This document shows, in pieces, positions 1 through 12,900 of a DNA stretch of 64,000 bases. The notes below the pieces were generated by a model. The model was not told the origin of the DNA. It did no database searches and was given only the letters and a program-made list of their open reading frames with translations. Position numbers and translations under genes: made by a program. Source of the stretch: Macrostomum hystrix (Eukaryota > Animalia > Platyhelminthes); NCBI GenBank assembly GCA_950097015.1, contig CATNEN010000039.1:10478001-10542000 (forward strand). The letters run 5' to 3'. Position 1 is the first letter of the stretch. Each line of letters opens with the position of its first letter.

Positions 1-100
1 CAGGGGTTTTGTCCTTATGAGTTGAAATTGCCCGACCAGCCCTCAAGCCTTCTCACTAGAAATTCGAACTCACGGACCTTCTGGTGCGAGAGTAAGCTGG
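1..100 (-). mobile_element. possible tRNA-derived SINE fragment
   Basis: Minus strand reads ...ctctcgcaccagaaggtccgtGAGTTCGAATTC..., a tRNA-like arm plus B-box; A-box not clear. Confidence 0.35.
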
Positions 101-925
101 ATTAATGTCATAGCATTCCGCTGCATCTCAATTATAATTATATACGAACAACTTATGGCTAATATTCGTACTTAAACATTGTTTAGCCGTGTTTGCAAAA
201 CAAAACCACAAAGTGTTATCATTAATTCTATCAAAAAGGAGTATAGATTCCGACTATACTACTTGTTTTCTTGGAGTTAGTAGCAAGTTAGATATGCTTT
301 GATTCTGGCATTTTGCAGCCTTTGCTTTTTACATATCTGCGCATATATTTTTGTTTTTAGTTGGACAGCATCAAGCTGCACTGTTGCCATGGCAACTTGA
401 TGCATCAAAGAAAAAATGGCATATTCCATTTCGACTGTCTTCCAGAATGCAATTCTTAGCCTAATTTTAGTTCTAGTCCCACTGCAAATAGCATATAAAA
501 ACGGTGCATTGTTTGTGCGAATATATAGTTTATCAGCAAATTTTAATCTGCTATTATTAAGTGGTGATCAGAATATGTTTTAATCGACCAGTTTAATTAT
601 TTGATTTGTTGTTTACAGTTGACTGAAAACACACTCTTCCATGTTAAAATTCTTTCCATTTTTTCTTATGTTTTGCGTCATAACTACTGAATGTGGTTGG
701 TGAGTAGTGTCTGAGAAAATTGATTAAAAATATTATTAAATACAATTACAAATAAACAAGGTACATTCAAGATGTGTTCAGATTTACTATTAACTGAAAT
801 GATTGCGGCCATTTTATATATATATATATTTGTTAATATTACAGGTAAATCAGTGTCACACAATAGGCGTCTCCCTGGTTACCAAAACAACAATGCGCTA
901 TTACAGAGGTTAGCTATTAGCTGTT

Positions 926-1422
926 TTAATATCCAACGCGGCCAGTCAAATGGAAGGCCGGCCTGGTCACACTGTAGTCAGTGCGGAACAGGGCAACGAC
1001 TTCTGAGCCAGGCGATGTGGACAGAGTGTACTGCCGATTGCCCTGACGTCCGGTCAGTCTGTAGCCGGAGGCTGTGTAATACCTGCTAGTGTAGTTAATA
1101 GCCAGGTAGTCGCAGCACGACTCGGCGTCGAAGTTGCGCAGGTCGATGTTGACAACGCCGTTCCGGTTCTCGGTGCGGTTAACCAGGACGTACCTGCAGT
1201 TGAGGTTGTTCAGGTACTGGCCGCCACAGGAGCCATAGGAATTGCCGTTCAGAAAGAATCTGGAGCCGCTCTTGTAGAGAGTCGGGCAGGTGGCAACTGA
1301 AACAATTCAAACGGTGCTACACAAGGAGTTTGCTTTTAGATAAAAGTGCAATTTAGGCGAATGAACTCACCGGCAAATGTGGCGCAACAGACCACGGTCA
1401 ACAGGCTCAGAAACAGCTTCAT
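926..1422 (-). CDS. secreted single CUB-domain protein (140 aa, 2 exons: 1422-1371, 1296-926)
   Basis: Manual splice (GTGAGT...TTTCAG, 74-bp intron) gives MKLFLSLLTVVCCATFAVATC...YLNNLNCRY...FDAESCCDYL...LFRTDYSVTRPAF: signal peptide plus CUB motifs; 423 nt in frame. Confidence 0.85.
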
Positions 1423-1510
1423 CTTTTTCTGCTTTGTGGGATAAGCTTTCCTTGTTCTAGCTTGAATATTGTGGTGACTTGTGCTGTCTGCTGTTAGCTA
1501 TCTCTGCAAG

Positions 1511-1520
1511 TATATTTATA
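1511..1520 (-). promoter_or_regulatory. TATA box of the CUB gene
   Basis: TATAAATATA on the minus strand ~90 bp upstream of the ATG. Confidence 0.55.
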
Positions 1521-1950
1521 GTACAGACCCTTCTGCAAGACCTGCTGTTACAGTTGCCATGTGTGCTCAGCTGAGCACACCTAGACTAATTAATCAATTA
1601 GCAGTTTTCTTTAATTGCTTCAACAATCAGTGAGTGAAAATGGCTTACAATGCGAAAGCAACATTAACTTTGCCTTCTAAACCCGTGCCACTTATTAAGC
1701 AGTGTGAAAGTTAGTTCAGCTTTCAGTTGAAAGAAACGAAGAAACTAAATAGTGATTGTGAATATTAGTGCGTTAGAAATGTTAACAGACAGTTTACGTC
1801 GGATCCAATTCCGTTAAGTTTCCAAAACTTTAGACTTTGCTGTATAATTTTCTTGGTAAACTACATTTTTGTGACATTATTTATTGCATTAAGTTTTACC
1901 GAAAATATTTTTAAACAATGGAATGTTACTATCCACTCTGCCGAAATTCA

Positions 1951-2125
1951 TGACTGACTGACTGACTGACTGACTGACTGACTACTGACTGACTGACTGA
2001 CTGACTGACTGACTGACTGACTGACTGACTGACTGACTGACTGACTGACTGACTGACTGACTGACTGACTGACTGACTGACTGACTGACTGACTGACTGA
2101 CTGACTGACTGACTGACTGACTGAC
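1951..2125. repeat. (GACT)n microsatellite
   Basis: Near-perfect tetranucleotide run abutting the stop codon of the fibrinogen-domain gene. Confidence 0.98.
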
Positions 2126-3565
2126 TAAGCTACGATAATCAGGATCTCAAACGATTTCATGGAGTAGTTGTAGGCCAGTGGACTCGTGGTACCCGGATAT
2201 GATTCAAAGTAGTAAATCCCATAGAGCGAACTAAAAGCCGCAGGCGGGTACAGGTAACGACCGTTCGGGTTGATGGAGGTGCAGTAGCCGAACCACCAGC
2301 CGCAGCCGAACAGCTTGGCACAGTTGACTTCGGCATGAATGTCATTGTCAGAGTCGGTGGTTGAGAACTGTCTTCCAGACAGGCCGTTAACATCTCCTTG
2401 AGCAATCTGAGCGACGTTGGACCTGGCAGGGTCCACAGGTGCGATGTTCAGTCGGTACTTCTCACCGGCGCTGTCGATGTACAGGCTGGGGTTCTCAGCC
2501 CAGTACCAGTTGTCATTCCAGTCGCTGAACTCCCAGCGGATCCTGCACCTGACAGCCAACGTGGCGTTGCTGCAGCCTGCAGTCAGGGTGAGCTGGTGCA
2601 TCGACTCCAGCCCCAACCAGAAGTTCCTGTTCTCGCCCTGACCGAATCCAGCAGCGTACTCAGCCCAGCTTCGGTTGAAGCCCAGAGTCTCGTCCACCCG
2701 GTGCTGGATTGTCGTCCAGCAGCTGGTGCGGTTGGACAACGGCCGCAGCTGTGATGGAAGTTGAGGTGTTCTTTTAGCAGTTTTTTTCTCCCTGGTGAAA
2801 GACCACGGTACTGCCTACTTCACGATAGCTCCCAAACCGAATAGAAAAATGTGGGCATTTGAAATACCCCTTGGTCTATCTACTGTTAAGTGCCTGATCA
2901 ACCTATTCAAAATCAAACTGGACCTATTCAAAATCGAACTGGACCTATTCAAAATCGAACTGGACCTATTCAAAATCAAACTGGACCTATTCAAAATCAA
3001 ACTGGACCTATTCAAAATCGAACTGGACCTATTCAAAATCAAACTGGACCTATTCAAAATCAAACTGGACCTATTCAAAACCAAACTGGACCTATTCAAA
3101 ATCAAACTGGACCTATTCAAAACCAAAGTGGACCTATTCAAAATCAAACTGGACCTATTCAAAATCAAACTGGACCTATTCAAAATCAAACTGGACCTAT
3201 TCAAAATCAAACTGGACCTATTAAAAATCAAACTGGACCTATTCAAAATCAAACGATTCACCTACCCACATCAACGTCATATTTTCGTTCCTGGTGTTTC
3301 TGCACTTCCTACAGCCAAACAGCCCTCGCAGGCAGCGCAGCGGTAAGCATTCACCGCTTGAGGTGTTAAAAATGGCAGCTTGAGCAGTCGGGTAGTTATC
3401 GAGCAGCATCACGCACTCGGTGACTCGCCGCGCGTAGCTCGCTGACGCGATCGGCGCGTACTCGGTGAGGTTGTCCCGCTGCAGGATCCAAGAGTCAGCT
3501 GCTGACAATGCGAGGTAGCCGAGGCACAGAATCGTCAAGCAGGTGATGAGCTGTGAGCAGTTCAT
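2125..3565 (-). CDS. secreted PAN/apple-like + fibrinogen C-terminal (FReD) protein, 2 exons (~3565-3270, 2791-2125)
   Basis: Exon 1 has a signal peptide and C..AAIFN...C.L PAN-like motif. Exon 2 has WTTIQHR, FNRSWAEYAAGFG, FWLGLE, FSTTDSDND, GWWF..C...NPNG. The GTGGGT donor at 3269 joins the TTTCACCAG acceptor in frame; the exact donor is uncertain. Confidence 0.8.
2901..3253. repeat. 21-bp intronic minisatellite (AAATCAAACTGGACCTATTCA)
   Basis: Tandem copies visible directly. Confidence 0.95.
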
Positions 3566-4197
3566 TGCTTTTAGTTTTCCTATCAGAATTTTTAATTCCT
3601 AGTTGGGATCTGCGCGACAAAAATGGAGTTGTTTTTTTATTTTATGCTCTCTCTCTCAGGGACAGGGTTGGTTTGGGATGAAAACTGTACGCATTTTTCT
3701 TCTCATTTTAACAAAACGCGCATTTATTTAAATTTGGAATGTTTAAAAAAGAATTAATTGACTTGACATTTGCATATATTTTATGCAGAATCGATTATTA
3801 CGAAACCAAGGTCCACTGGAAGTAGAAGGACGTTTCCTAGGAAAATATCCTACGAAGATTGGAAAAATTCACATTTCAGCAAGTTTTTTTAGACTGTGGT
3901 TTGATTCGAAGTGGATCAAAGGCTCGCTTTTTTATTTTATTCGCCTCATTTATAGCTTTATCAATTTCTGTCAAGCTTTGTTTCTGAAAGCCCTTGCCTG
4001 TGCCTAAAAATTCATTAACAGTAGAAAGATAGAAAGACCAACGATTGATCTTTCAAATGCCCAAATTTTCTTTTTTTTCCTGTATCTTTCAAAATCTTGG
4101 ATTCGCTATAGAGGCTTTTACAGAGCAATATTTGTTGTCCTTGTCACCAGGGTGCCTGACAATGATCGCTGAATATCCCGACGATAATGACGTCGGA

Positions 4198-4296
4198 CGG
4201 TCTTGCTAATGGACACAAATTGTTTCAGTGGAGTCGGGACACGAACCACCGACCTTCAAGTCGTGAGTCCGACGCCCTAACCACTAGGCTACAACC
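4198..4296 (-). mobile_element. tRNA-derived SINE head (CORE-SINE-like), truncated
   Basis: ggttgTAGCCTAGTGGttagggcgtcggactcacgacttgaaggtcggtGGTTCGTGTCCc (A/B boxes), then tgtgtccattagcaagac; same family as 49376-49625. Confidence 0.7.
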
Positions 4297-4338
4297 TATT
4301 ACTATATAGGTATAGTAAAGAAAGTACAAGTAGAATAC

Positions 4339-5085
4339 TTGTTGCGACATATGGAGAGGCCGTGCCAAGCGAACCGACTGTCCGACGGTGGGTTCGCGAG
4401 TTCAAAGAGGGCGGTACCTCCCTTGACGACATCGCGCCTGGCCCATCTGGCTCCACGCCGGCGCAGATGCGCGCCCGTCTGCAAAGCTGTTGAAGCTGCT
4501 GTAAAAGCTGCGCCTAAGAGCTCACTTCGCAGGCTTTCTGCTACTGTTGGCCTTTCAAATCCATATGTGCACGAGATTCTCAAGACCGATCTTGGGCCGT
4601 CCCGCCTCTCCTGTCGATGGATTCCCCGCATCCTCACGCCAGAGCAGAAGAGTCGACGTGTCGAGGTTGCGCACGCGCTGCAAGCTGCCTACACTCTAGA
4701 GGGTCAGCCTTTCCTTGACAAGATCATAACGTGCGACGAGACGTGGCTGCCATTTTTTGAGTCGGCTGGCAAGCAGAAAGACGCTGAGTGGTGTGTGCGA
4801 GGCTCAAACTCGCCAACGAAGCCTCGGCAGACGTGGACAAAGAAGATCATGATCTCTCTCTTCTTCGATGGCCAAGGTCCCCTGCTGGTCGAATTTCTGC
4901 CAGATGGCAAGACCGTCAACTCAGTGCACTACCAGGAACAGCTTGAGCGCCTCAAGGTGGCTGTTATTGCGAATCGACGCGGCACGTGGCGAAGCGGTCG
5001 TGCGCTTCTCCATGACAACGCTCGCCCACATACCGCCATGGCAACCGTCGCAAAGCTCAAGGAGATCGGGCTCGAATCACTAACG
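4339..5085 (+). mobile_element. mariner (Tc1/mariner) transposase fragment, truncated at both ends
   Basis: WIPRILT, IITCDETW, KKIMISLFFD, TVNSVHY, LLHDNARPH motifs; C-terminal YSPDL motif and TIRs not seen. Confidence 0.9.
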
Positions 5086-5750
5086 ATCACTATCCCAGCT
5101 AGCACCCCTTGTATAAAAAGGATTGGATCTGCTTAATGGAAAAAAGGAAAATTCCATATCTCTGTATTGTGTTTTGTGCCTGCTAGTGGTCACTAGCAGA
5201 CACACTGTTTCCAGACCTTCAAGGTCGGCAGGAAATCGCAAACGGTTGTTTATAGCTCAAATAGTACGTAGGCCACTCTCCGCATCCCTCAGATTTCTAC
5301 TTCGTATACGGGCTAGCAATAATATCCTAGCCTGCTAAATAAAATAGCATTGAATTATTGAAAATCAGCTTGCCCACGCATGGCAACGCGAAGGGCGGTG
5401 GCTCAATTGTTTCAGTTTGGGCAAATAGAGAAATAACAGCCTGGGCGATGAAACAGGGAACAGGCGAGCGGACGTGGGCATGGGGCTGCTCACGGCGCTG
5501 TAGTGCTGTGAGTTTTCTTGCAGCGGTTGCCATTAGTAAAATTCCACGCAGAAAAAAGTTTTATTAGACTCTGCTTGTTTGATGGTACGTGAGTGGCGAA
5601 TCCGTCTAGCGCGCTTGCTGCTCACACTAATGTCCCAGAGCTCGATTATGCGGCGAGGCCATATGAATTTGGTGTGCAATGAGGGCCAATATCCTCCAAG
5701 GCACAGTGAGTATACACTGCCTGACGATGAGAAAGTCAGGGCAGGTGTTA

Positions 5751-7840
5751 AGAGTTCATCTGCAGCTCAGCTCAGAGTTCATCTGCAGCTCAGCTCAGAG
5801 TTCATCTGCAGTTCAGCTCAGAGTTCATCTGCAGTTTAGTTCAGAGTTGATCTGCAGCTCAGCTCAGAGTTCATCTGCAGTTTAGCTGAGAGTTCATCTG
5901 CAGTTTAGCTGAGAGTTCATCTGCAGTTCAGCTCAGAGTTCATCTGCAGTTTAGTTCAGAGTTCATCTGCAGCTCAGCTCAGAGTTCATCTGCAGTTTAG
6001 TTCAGAGTTCATCTGCAGTTTAGTTCAGAGTTCATCTGCAGTTCAGCTCAGAGTTGATCTGCAGTTCAGCTCAGAGTTCATCTGCAGTTCAGCTCAGAGT
6101 TGATCTGCAGCTCAGCTCAGAGTTCATCTGCAGTTCAGCTCAGAGTTCATCTGCAGCTCAGCTCAGAGTTCATCTGCAGCTCAGCTCAGAGTTCATCTGC
6201 AGTTTAGTTCAGAGTTCATCTGCAGTTTAGCTCAGAGTTCATCTGCAGTTCAGCTCAGAGTTGATCTGCAGCTCAGCTCAGAGTTGATCTGCAGCTCAGC
6301 TCAGAGTTCATCTGCAGTTTAGTTCAGAGTTCATCTGCAGTTTAGTTCAGAGTTGATCTGCAGCTCAGCTCAGAGTTGATCTGCAGTTCAGCTCAGAGTT
6401 CATCTGCAGTTCAGCTCAGAGTTCATCTGCAGCTCAGCTCAGAGTTCATCTGCAGCTCAGCTCAGAGTTCATCTGCAGTTTAGTTCAGAGTTCATCTGCA
6501 GCTCAGCTCAGAGTTCATCTGCAGTTTAGTTCAGAGTTCATCTGCAGTTCAGCTCAGAGTTCATCTGCAGTTCAGCTCAGAGTTCATCTGCAGTTCAGCT
6601 CAGAGTTCATCTGCAGTTCAGCTCAGAGTTCATCTGCAGTTCAGCTCAGAGTTGATCTGCAGCTCAGCTCAGAGTTCATCTGCAGCTCAGCTCAGAGTTC
6701 ATCTGCAGTTTAGTTCAGAGTTCATCTGCAGTTTAGCTCAGAGTTCATCTTCAGTTCAGCTCAGAGTTCATCTGCAGTTCAGCTCAGAGTTGATCTGCAG
6801 TTCAGCTCAGAGTTCATCTGCAGTTCAGCTCAGAGTTCATCTGCAGCTCAGCTCAGAGTTCATCTGCAGCTCAGCTCAGAGTTCATCTGCAGTTTAGTTC
6901 AGAGTTCATCTGCAGTTTAGCTCAGAGTTCATCTGCAGTTCAGCTCAGAGTTGATCTGCAGCTCAGCTCAGAGTTGATCTGCAGCTCAGCTCAGAGTTCA
7001 TCTGCAGTTTAGTTCAGAGTTCATCTGCAGTTTAGTTCAGAGTTGATCTGCAGCTCAGCTCAGAGTTGATCTGCAGTTCAGCTCAGAGTTCATCTGCAGT
7101 TCAGCTCAGAGTTCATCTGCAGTTCAGCTCAGAGTTCATCTGCAGCTCAGCTCAGAGTTCATCTGCAGCTCAGCTCAGAGTTCATCTGCAGTTTAGTTCA
7201 GAGTTCATCTGCAGTTTAGCTCAGAGTTCATCTGCAGTTCAGCTCAGAGTTCATCTGCAGTTCAGCTCAGAGTTGATCTGCAGTTCAGCTCAGAGTTCAT
7301 CTGCAGTTCAGCTCAGAGTTCATCTGCAGCTCAGCTCAGAGTTCATCTGCAGCTCAGCTCAGAGTTCATCTGCAGTTTAGTTCAGAGTTCATCTGCAGTT
7401 TAGCTCAGAGTTCATCTGCAGTTCAGCTCAGAGTTCATCTGCAGCTCAGCTCAGAGTTGATCTGCAGCTCAGCTCAGAGTTCATCTGCAGTTTAGTTCAG
7501 AGTTCATCTGCAGTTTAGTTCAGAGTTGATCTGCAGCTCAGCTCAGAGTTGATCTGCAGCTCAGCTCAGAGTTCATCTGCAGTTTAGTTCAGAGTTCATC
7601 TGCAGTTTAGCTGAGAGTTCATCTGCAGTTCAGCTCAGAGTTCATCTGCAGTTTAGTTCAGAGTTCATCTGCAGCTCAGCTCAGAGTTCATCTGCAGTTT
7701 AGTTCAGAGTTCATCTGCAGTTTAGCTGAGAGTTCATCTGCAGTTTAGTTCAGAGTTCATCTGCAGTTTAGCTGAGAGTTCATCTGCAGTTTAGTTCAGA
7801 GTTCATCTGCAGTTTAGCTGAGAGTTCATCTGCAGTTTAG
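5751..7840. repeat. 23-bp minisatellite (AGAGTTCATCTGCAGYTYAGYTC)
   Basis: ~2.1 kb tandem array. Confidence 0.97.
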
Positions 7841-8435
7841 GTAATGCACTAATGGTAGTATTGGTTTTGACAATCAATATGAGAAGATGGACAATCAAAA
7901 TGAAGACAGCCATAGATCTGCATGCAGCAGCTCAGCTCAGCTTCGCAGCAGCTGCGGCTTAGGCCACAGTAATACCAATTACGGTAGTAAAAATGATGCA
8001 ATAATGCAGACAGGGCAGATCAGATTCAGTGTTTTTACAGACTAAACAGACTCAGGCTTTAGCGCATTTCCGTAGAAACCTGAGTTTCTGTCAGTAATAG
8101 CAGCGCTAATTTCAGTAAATATTTATCAATATATTATGTATAATTAACGTGCCAGAGTCATACCAAACCTGATCTGCAAGAATATGCGAGTGTCTGAGTG
8201 CATTCAACAGTCTAAGAAATAAATGAACAATTGCATCCATGATCTAATAGCGAATTCACTCAGTATTCGCGATTATCAATAAATGGGCAAGCTCTAAATA
8301 TGAAACTTCTTTAAGTTCAGGCAGGGAACAAAATCAATGTACAAAGCAGATCGGGGTAGTTAATTGGGGAAATAAGTTGAAAAAACAAAACAGAAAAAAT
8401 TAACACAGAATCGAATTGTTAGGCTTGACTTTTAG

Positions 8436-9292
8436 TGAATTTGGGATTGGGTTGAATGGGATTGCAGTGAATTTGGGATTGGGTTGAATCGGATTGCAGT
8501 GAATTTGGGATTGGGTTGAATGGGATTGCAATGAAATTGGGATTATGTTGAATGGGATTGCAGTGAATTTGGGATTGGGTTAAATAGGATTGCAATGAAA
8601 TTGGGATTTGGTTGAATGGGATTGCAATGAAATTGGGATTGGGTTGAATAGGATTGCAATGAAATTGGGATTGGGTTGAATGGGATTGCAATGAAATTGG
8701 GATTGGGTTGAATGGGATGGCAGTGAATTTGGGATCGGGTTGAATGGGATTGCAATGAAATTGGGATTGGCTTGAATGGGATTCAGTTGAATTTGGGATT
8801 GGGTTGAATGGGATTCAGTTCAATTTGGGATTCAAAAGAATAGGATTGCAGTGAATTTGGGATTCAGAAGAATGGGATGGTAGTGAATTTGGGATTCAGA
8901 TGAATGGGATGGCAGTGAATTAGAGATTCAGTTGAATGGGATTTCAGTGAAATTGGGATTCAGAAGAATGGGATGGCAGTGAATTTGGGATTCAGATGAA
9001 TGGGATGGCAGTGAAATTGGGATTTAGTTGAATGGGATCGCAGTGAATTTGGGATTCAGTTGAATGGGATTGCATTGAATTTGGGATTGGGTTGAATGGG
9101 ATTGCAATGAAATTGGGATTGGGTTGAATGGGATTGCAGTAAATTTGGGATTGGGTTGAATGGGATTGCAATGAAATATGGGTATTGGGTTGAATGGGAT
9201 TGCAGTGAATTTGGGATTGGGTTGAATGGGATTGCAGTGAATTTTGGATTGGGTTGAATGGGATTGCAGTGAATTTGGGATTGGGTTGAATT
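8436..9292. repeat. 32-bp (2x16) minisatellite (GTGAATTTGGGATTGG GTTGAATGGGATTGCA)
   Basis: Tandem array with a diverged centre. Confidence 0.93.
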
Positions 9293-9908
9293 GCATTTCA
9301 GTTAATCACGCTAAGCTTCAGTTTTTCAGTTAATCACGCTAAGCTTAAAAAAATCAGGAAAATTTGATCTAAAAGAATTAAGTAGCGAAATAATTGCGAA
9401 ATAATTGCAAAAGTTGACGCCGAAGTATTTATGTGTTCGATCAATAAAACAAAACAAATTAGTGAACGAGCAGTTTAGTTATAATCAGCAAAGTTTAGAC
9501 ATCAATTCAAATCAGCACTCTAATTATTATGCATAAAGGACAAGCGGAGAGAGAAGCCGCGACTCACAGAATAGAATAAACCTGATTAGGCGGTGGGTGG
9601 TGATGTTATACTACTCATATTATGAGAAGTTAGTAGTATCAAAAAATCTAAAGGTTTGACTCAACCGAATACCGAAGCAGGTTATCAAACACCTGATTTT
9701 AATCAACTTCATGCAGCAATGAATAATCAGCTAAACAGGCTACTATGAGTAGTGCGCCTGTGCACAACTTGACAAAGAAGGCTGAATTTGATCGCTAGCT
9801 CGACTTTATATGGAAGGCACAGAAGAATTTCTCTGCTAGACTAAAAAGCTAAGGCTGGGGTCACTTTACGAGCCCTTCATAGTGTGGACTGCTTTGTTCT
9901 GTCTCTGT

Positions 9909-12900
9909 CTACTCAGAGGATTCCTCACGACGATGTTCGTACGATTCCTCGGCAGGCAGTTCGGAAGATTCCTCGGCAGGGAGTTCGGACGATTCCTCGG
10001 TAGGCAGTTCGGACGATTTCTCTCGAGGCTGCTCAGACGATTCTTGTCGAGGTTGCTCAGACGGTTCTTGTCGAGGCTGCTCAGACGACTCTTGTCGAGG
10101 CTGCTCAGACGGTTCTTGTCGAGGCTGCTCAGACGGTTCTTGTCGAGGTTGCTCAGACGGTTCTTGTCGAGGCTGCTCAGACGACTCTTGTCGAGGCTGC
10201 TCAGACGACTCTTCTCGAGGCTGCTCAAACGGTTCTTGTCGAGGCTGCTCAGACGGCTCTTCTCGAGGCTGCTCAGACAAATTTTCTCGAGGCTGCTCAG
10301 ACGACTCTTGTCGAGGTTGCTCAGAAAAGTTTTCTCGAGGCTGCTCAGACGACTCTTGTCGAGGCTGCTCAGACGACTCTTCTCGAGGCTGCTCAGAGGA
10401 CTCTTCTCGAGGCTGCTCAGAGGACTCTTCTCGAGGCTGCTCAGACGACTCTTCTCGAGGCTGCTCAGACGACTCTTCTCGAGGCTGCTCAGACGACTCT
10501 TCTCGAGGCTCTTTCAAAGATTCTTCCGCAGTATGTTCAGAAGATTCTTTCTCAGAATCTTTAGACGATTCTCTCAAGTTGGAATGCTTGGACGATAATT
10601 GAGGAGTCTGCTCAGCCGATTCTTGCCGAGGCTGTTGAACAGAAGCATCTATAGCAGAAGGTACAGCAGACACAGCAAAGGAGAATTTATTGAGCAAGCC
10701 AGCCAATTCGACAGAGTCCGAGTGCCTGTTGACTGAGATGGCAGTCGGTGTGCCTTCGTGGTTGTAAGTGTTTTTCAAAGCCGCCTGGAATAAAAAAAAC
10801 ACTTTTTATCATCAGGATCAGGAATCAGGATCCAAGAAGGTCACATTGGGGATCAGGATCCCACGAGTCATGCTGGGAAAATTCTGCATGACTTTTTGGT
10901 CATAAGTATTTCCTCCAGTTGAAGATCAGCACTCACTTCAGCCGAATTTTCTCTATCGTCGCCGACAGGGGCAGCCGGAGCTAACAGCAGAACCGGGGTC
11001 TCGACGCCGAAGCCCACAACAATGTCCTCCAGCGCGCGATCTGTAGGCGAGGTGACACAGGCGAACGGACCAGCATCGGCCGCTCCCGTGGCTCCATCGG
11101 GTTCAGCGGGCAGCATGGGCAGATCCAGGGGTCGAGCGGCTGTCAGAGCCGTGTCTTCAGTTGCTGAAGGCACCGGCGGTAACGGGCAGCGCGGCCGGTG
11201 GAGCGAGTCCTGGCTGGAGGTCTCCTCCTCGCGCTCCATCAGTCGCTGCTGCTCATCCAGCTGGCGCAGCTCATTGTCGCGAGCTTGGGATCTGTTGCGC
11301 AACAGCAGGCAGCGGATGGCCTCCAGGAGGGCGTTCTGCTGCTCCGCGTAGTCCTTCATGCTCTGCGAATGAGGATCGACCAACAATATGGGATGGGGTT
11401 GGGCGAGATCCTGAGCTCGAATCCGCGTTTGGTCACGTTCATTTGGGGCGTAGCCCTGGGGTGGGGCTTATCGTGAAGTTTAGACCTATAAAGGGCCCAT
11501 TGCCAAGGCACATTGAGAGTTTTACACTGCCTGGCGATGAGAAAACGCTGAGAAATGTGTGTGTGAGGGGGTCAGCAAAATGAGCAGAATTGCCTTTTCA
11601 CTGGCTGCGTGTCAAACGGTCACAAAATGATGCGCCAGTGCCCCCAACCCTCTTGAATATAATTAATTATTAATTAACCGCTCCGGTGACTAACTCCTAA
11701 ATCCTGCAGGTTGTTAGCTTCCAAATCCTGCAGGTTGTTAGCTTCCAAATCCTGCAGGTTGTTAGCTTCCAAATCCTGCAGGTTGTTAGCTTCCAAATCC
11801 TGCAGGTTGTTAGCCCCTAAGATGCGGGCATCTTCGGGTTGCAAGCCACTGAACACTTCCCGCAGGGTTCTCACCGGCTCCTTCTTGATATCCTTATCAA
11901 GGTCCAGCCTAGTCAGGCTCTTGTTGACGCTGAGGGCTAGTTTGAGAGCCATGAGTCCGGCTGTTCGAATCTGGTTGTCGCGCAAGTCGAGCCGAAGCAA
12001 CTGGGGGCTCTCGGCTAGGCATTCGGCCAAAGCTACAGCACCCTCGCATGAGATGCGGCTGCACTGCAGGCCAAGGCGTAACAGAGTCCGATTGCGTAAC
12101 AAACCGTCCCGCAGCAGGTGTACACCTTCGCTACCGATAGCATTGTGGCCCAGATTAAGCGTCTGCAGATGACGATTGACAGCTAGAGCGGCTGACACAG
12201 CAGGCATGGCCTCGTGACTGATCTGGTTGTGCCACAGCACCAGAGCCGACAGGCCGCAGTCGCCCCCCTGCTGCTCGTAGAGGCCTTCGCATATGTGGGC
12301 GCAGCCGGTATCCTAGCGGTGTTAGTGGAGAACCGCTGGTTTTTAGAAATAGGTTGTAATGTCTAGAGACCGATTGCAATGTCTAGAGACCGGTTGCAAT
12401 GTCTAGAGACCGGTTGCAATGTCTAGAGACCGATTGCAATGTCTAGAGAGAGACCGATTGCAATGTCTAGAGACCGATTGCACTGTCTAGGAACTGGATG
12501 CACTGGTTAGGGAACTGGTAGCACTGTCTTGGGAACTGGTTGCACTGTCTTGGGAACTGGTTGCACTGTCTTGGGAACTGGTTGCACTGTCTTGGGAACT
12601 AGTTGCAAGGTCTAGGAACTGGTTGCGATGTCTAGGGAACTGGTTGCGATGTCTAGGGAACTAGTTGCACTGGTTAGGGAACTAGTTGCAAGGTCTAGGG
12701 AACTGGTTGCACTGTCTTGGGAACTGGTTGCACTGTCAAGGAACTGGTTGCACTGGCTAGGGAACTGGTTGCAATGTCTAGGAACTGGTTGCACTGGCTA
12801 GAGAACTGGTTGCAATGTCTAGGAACTGGTTGCACTGGTTAGGGAACTGGTTGCACTGTCTTGGGAACTGGTTGCAATGTCTAGGGAACTGGTTGCACTG

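Noticed and set aside
2795-3369. Periodic ORFs (KIKLDLF / NQTGPIQ)
   Set aside because: Translations of an intronic 21-bp minisatellite, open in several frames
4210-4296. tRNA gene
   Set aside because: Imperfect acceptor and T stems, and it continues into a SINE body shared with 49376-49625
5579-9296. Repetitive ORFs and a possible CRISPR-like array
   Set aside because: Head-to-tail minisatellites with no unique spacers, eukaryotic context, no cas genes
9882-10598. Arg/Leu-rich 238-aa plus-strand ORF
   Set aside because: Antisense shadow of the EESSEQPR coding repeat
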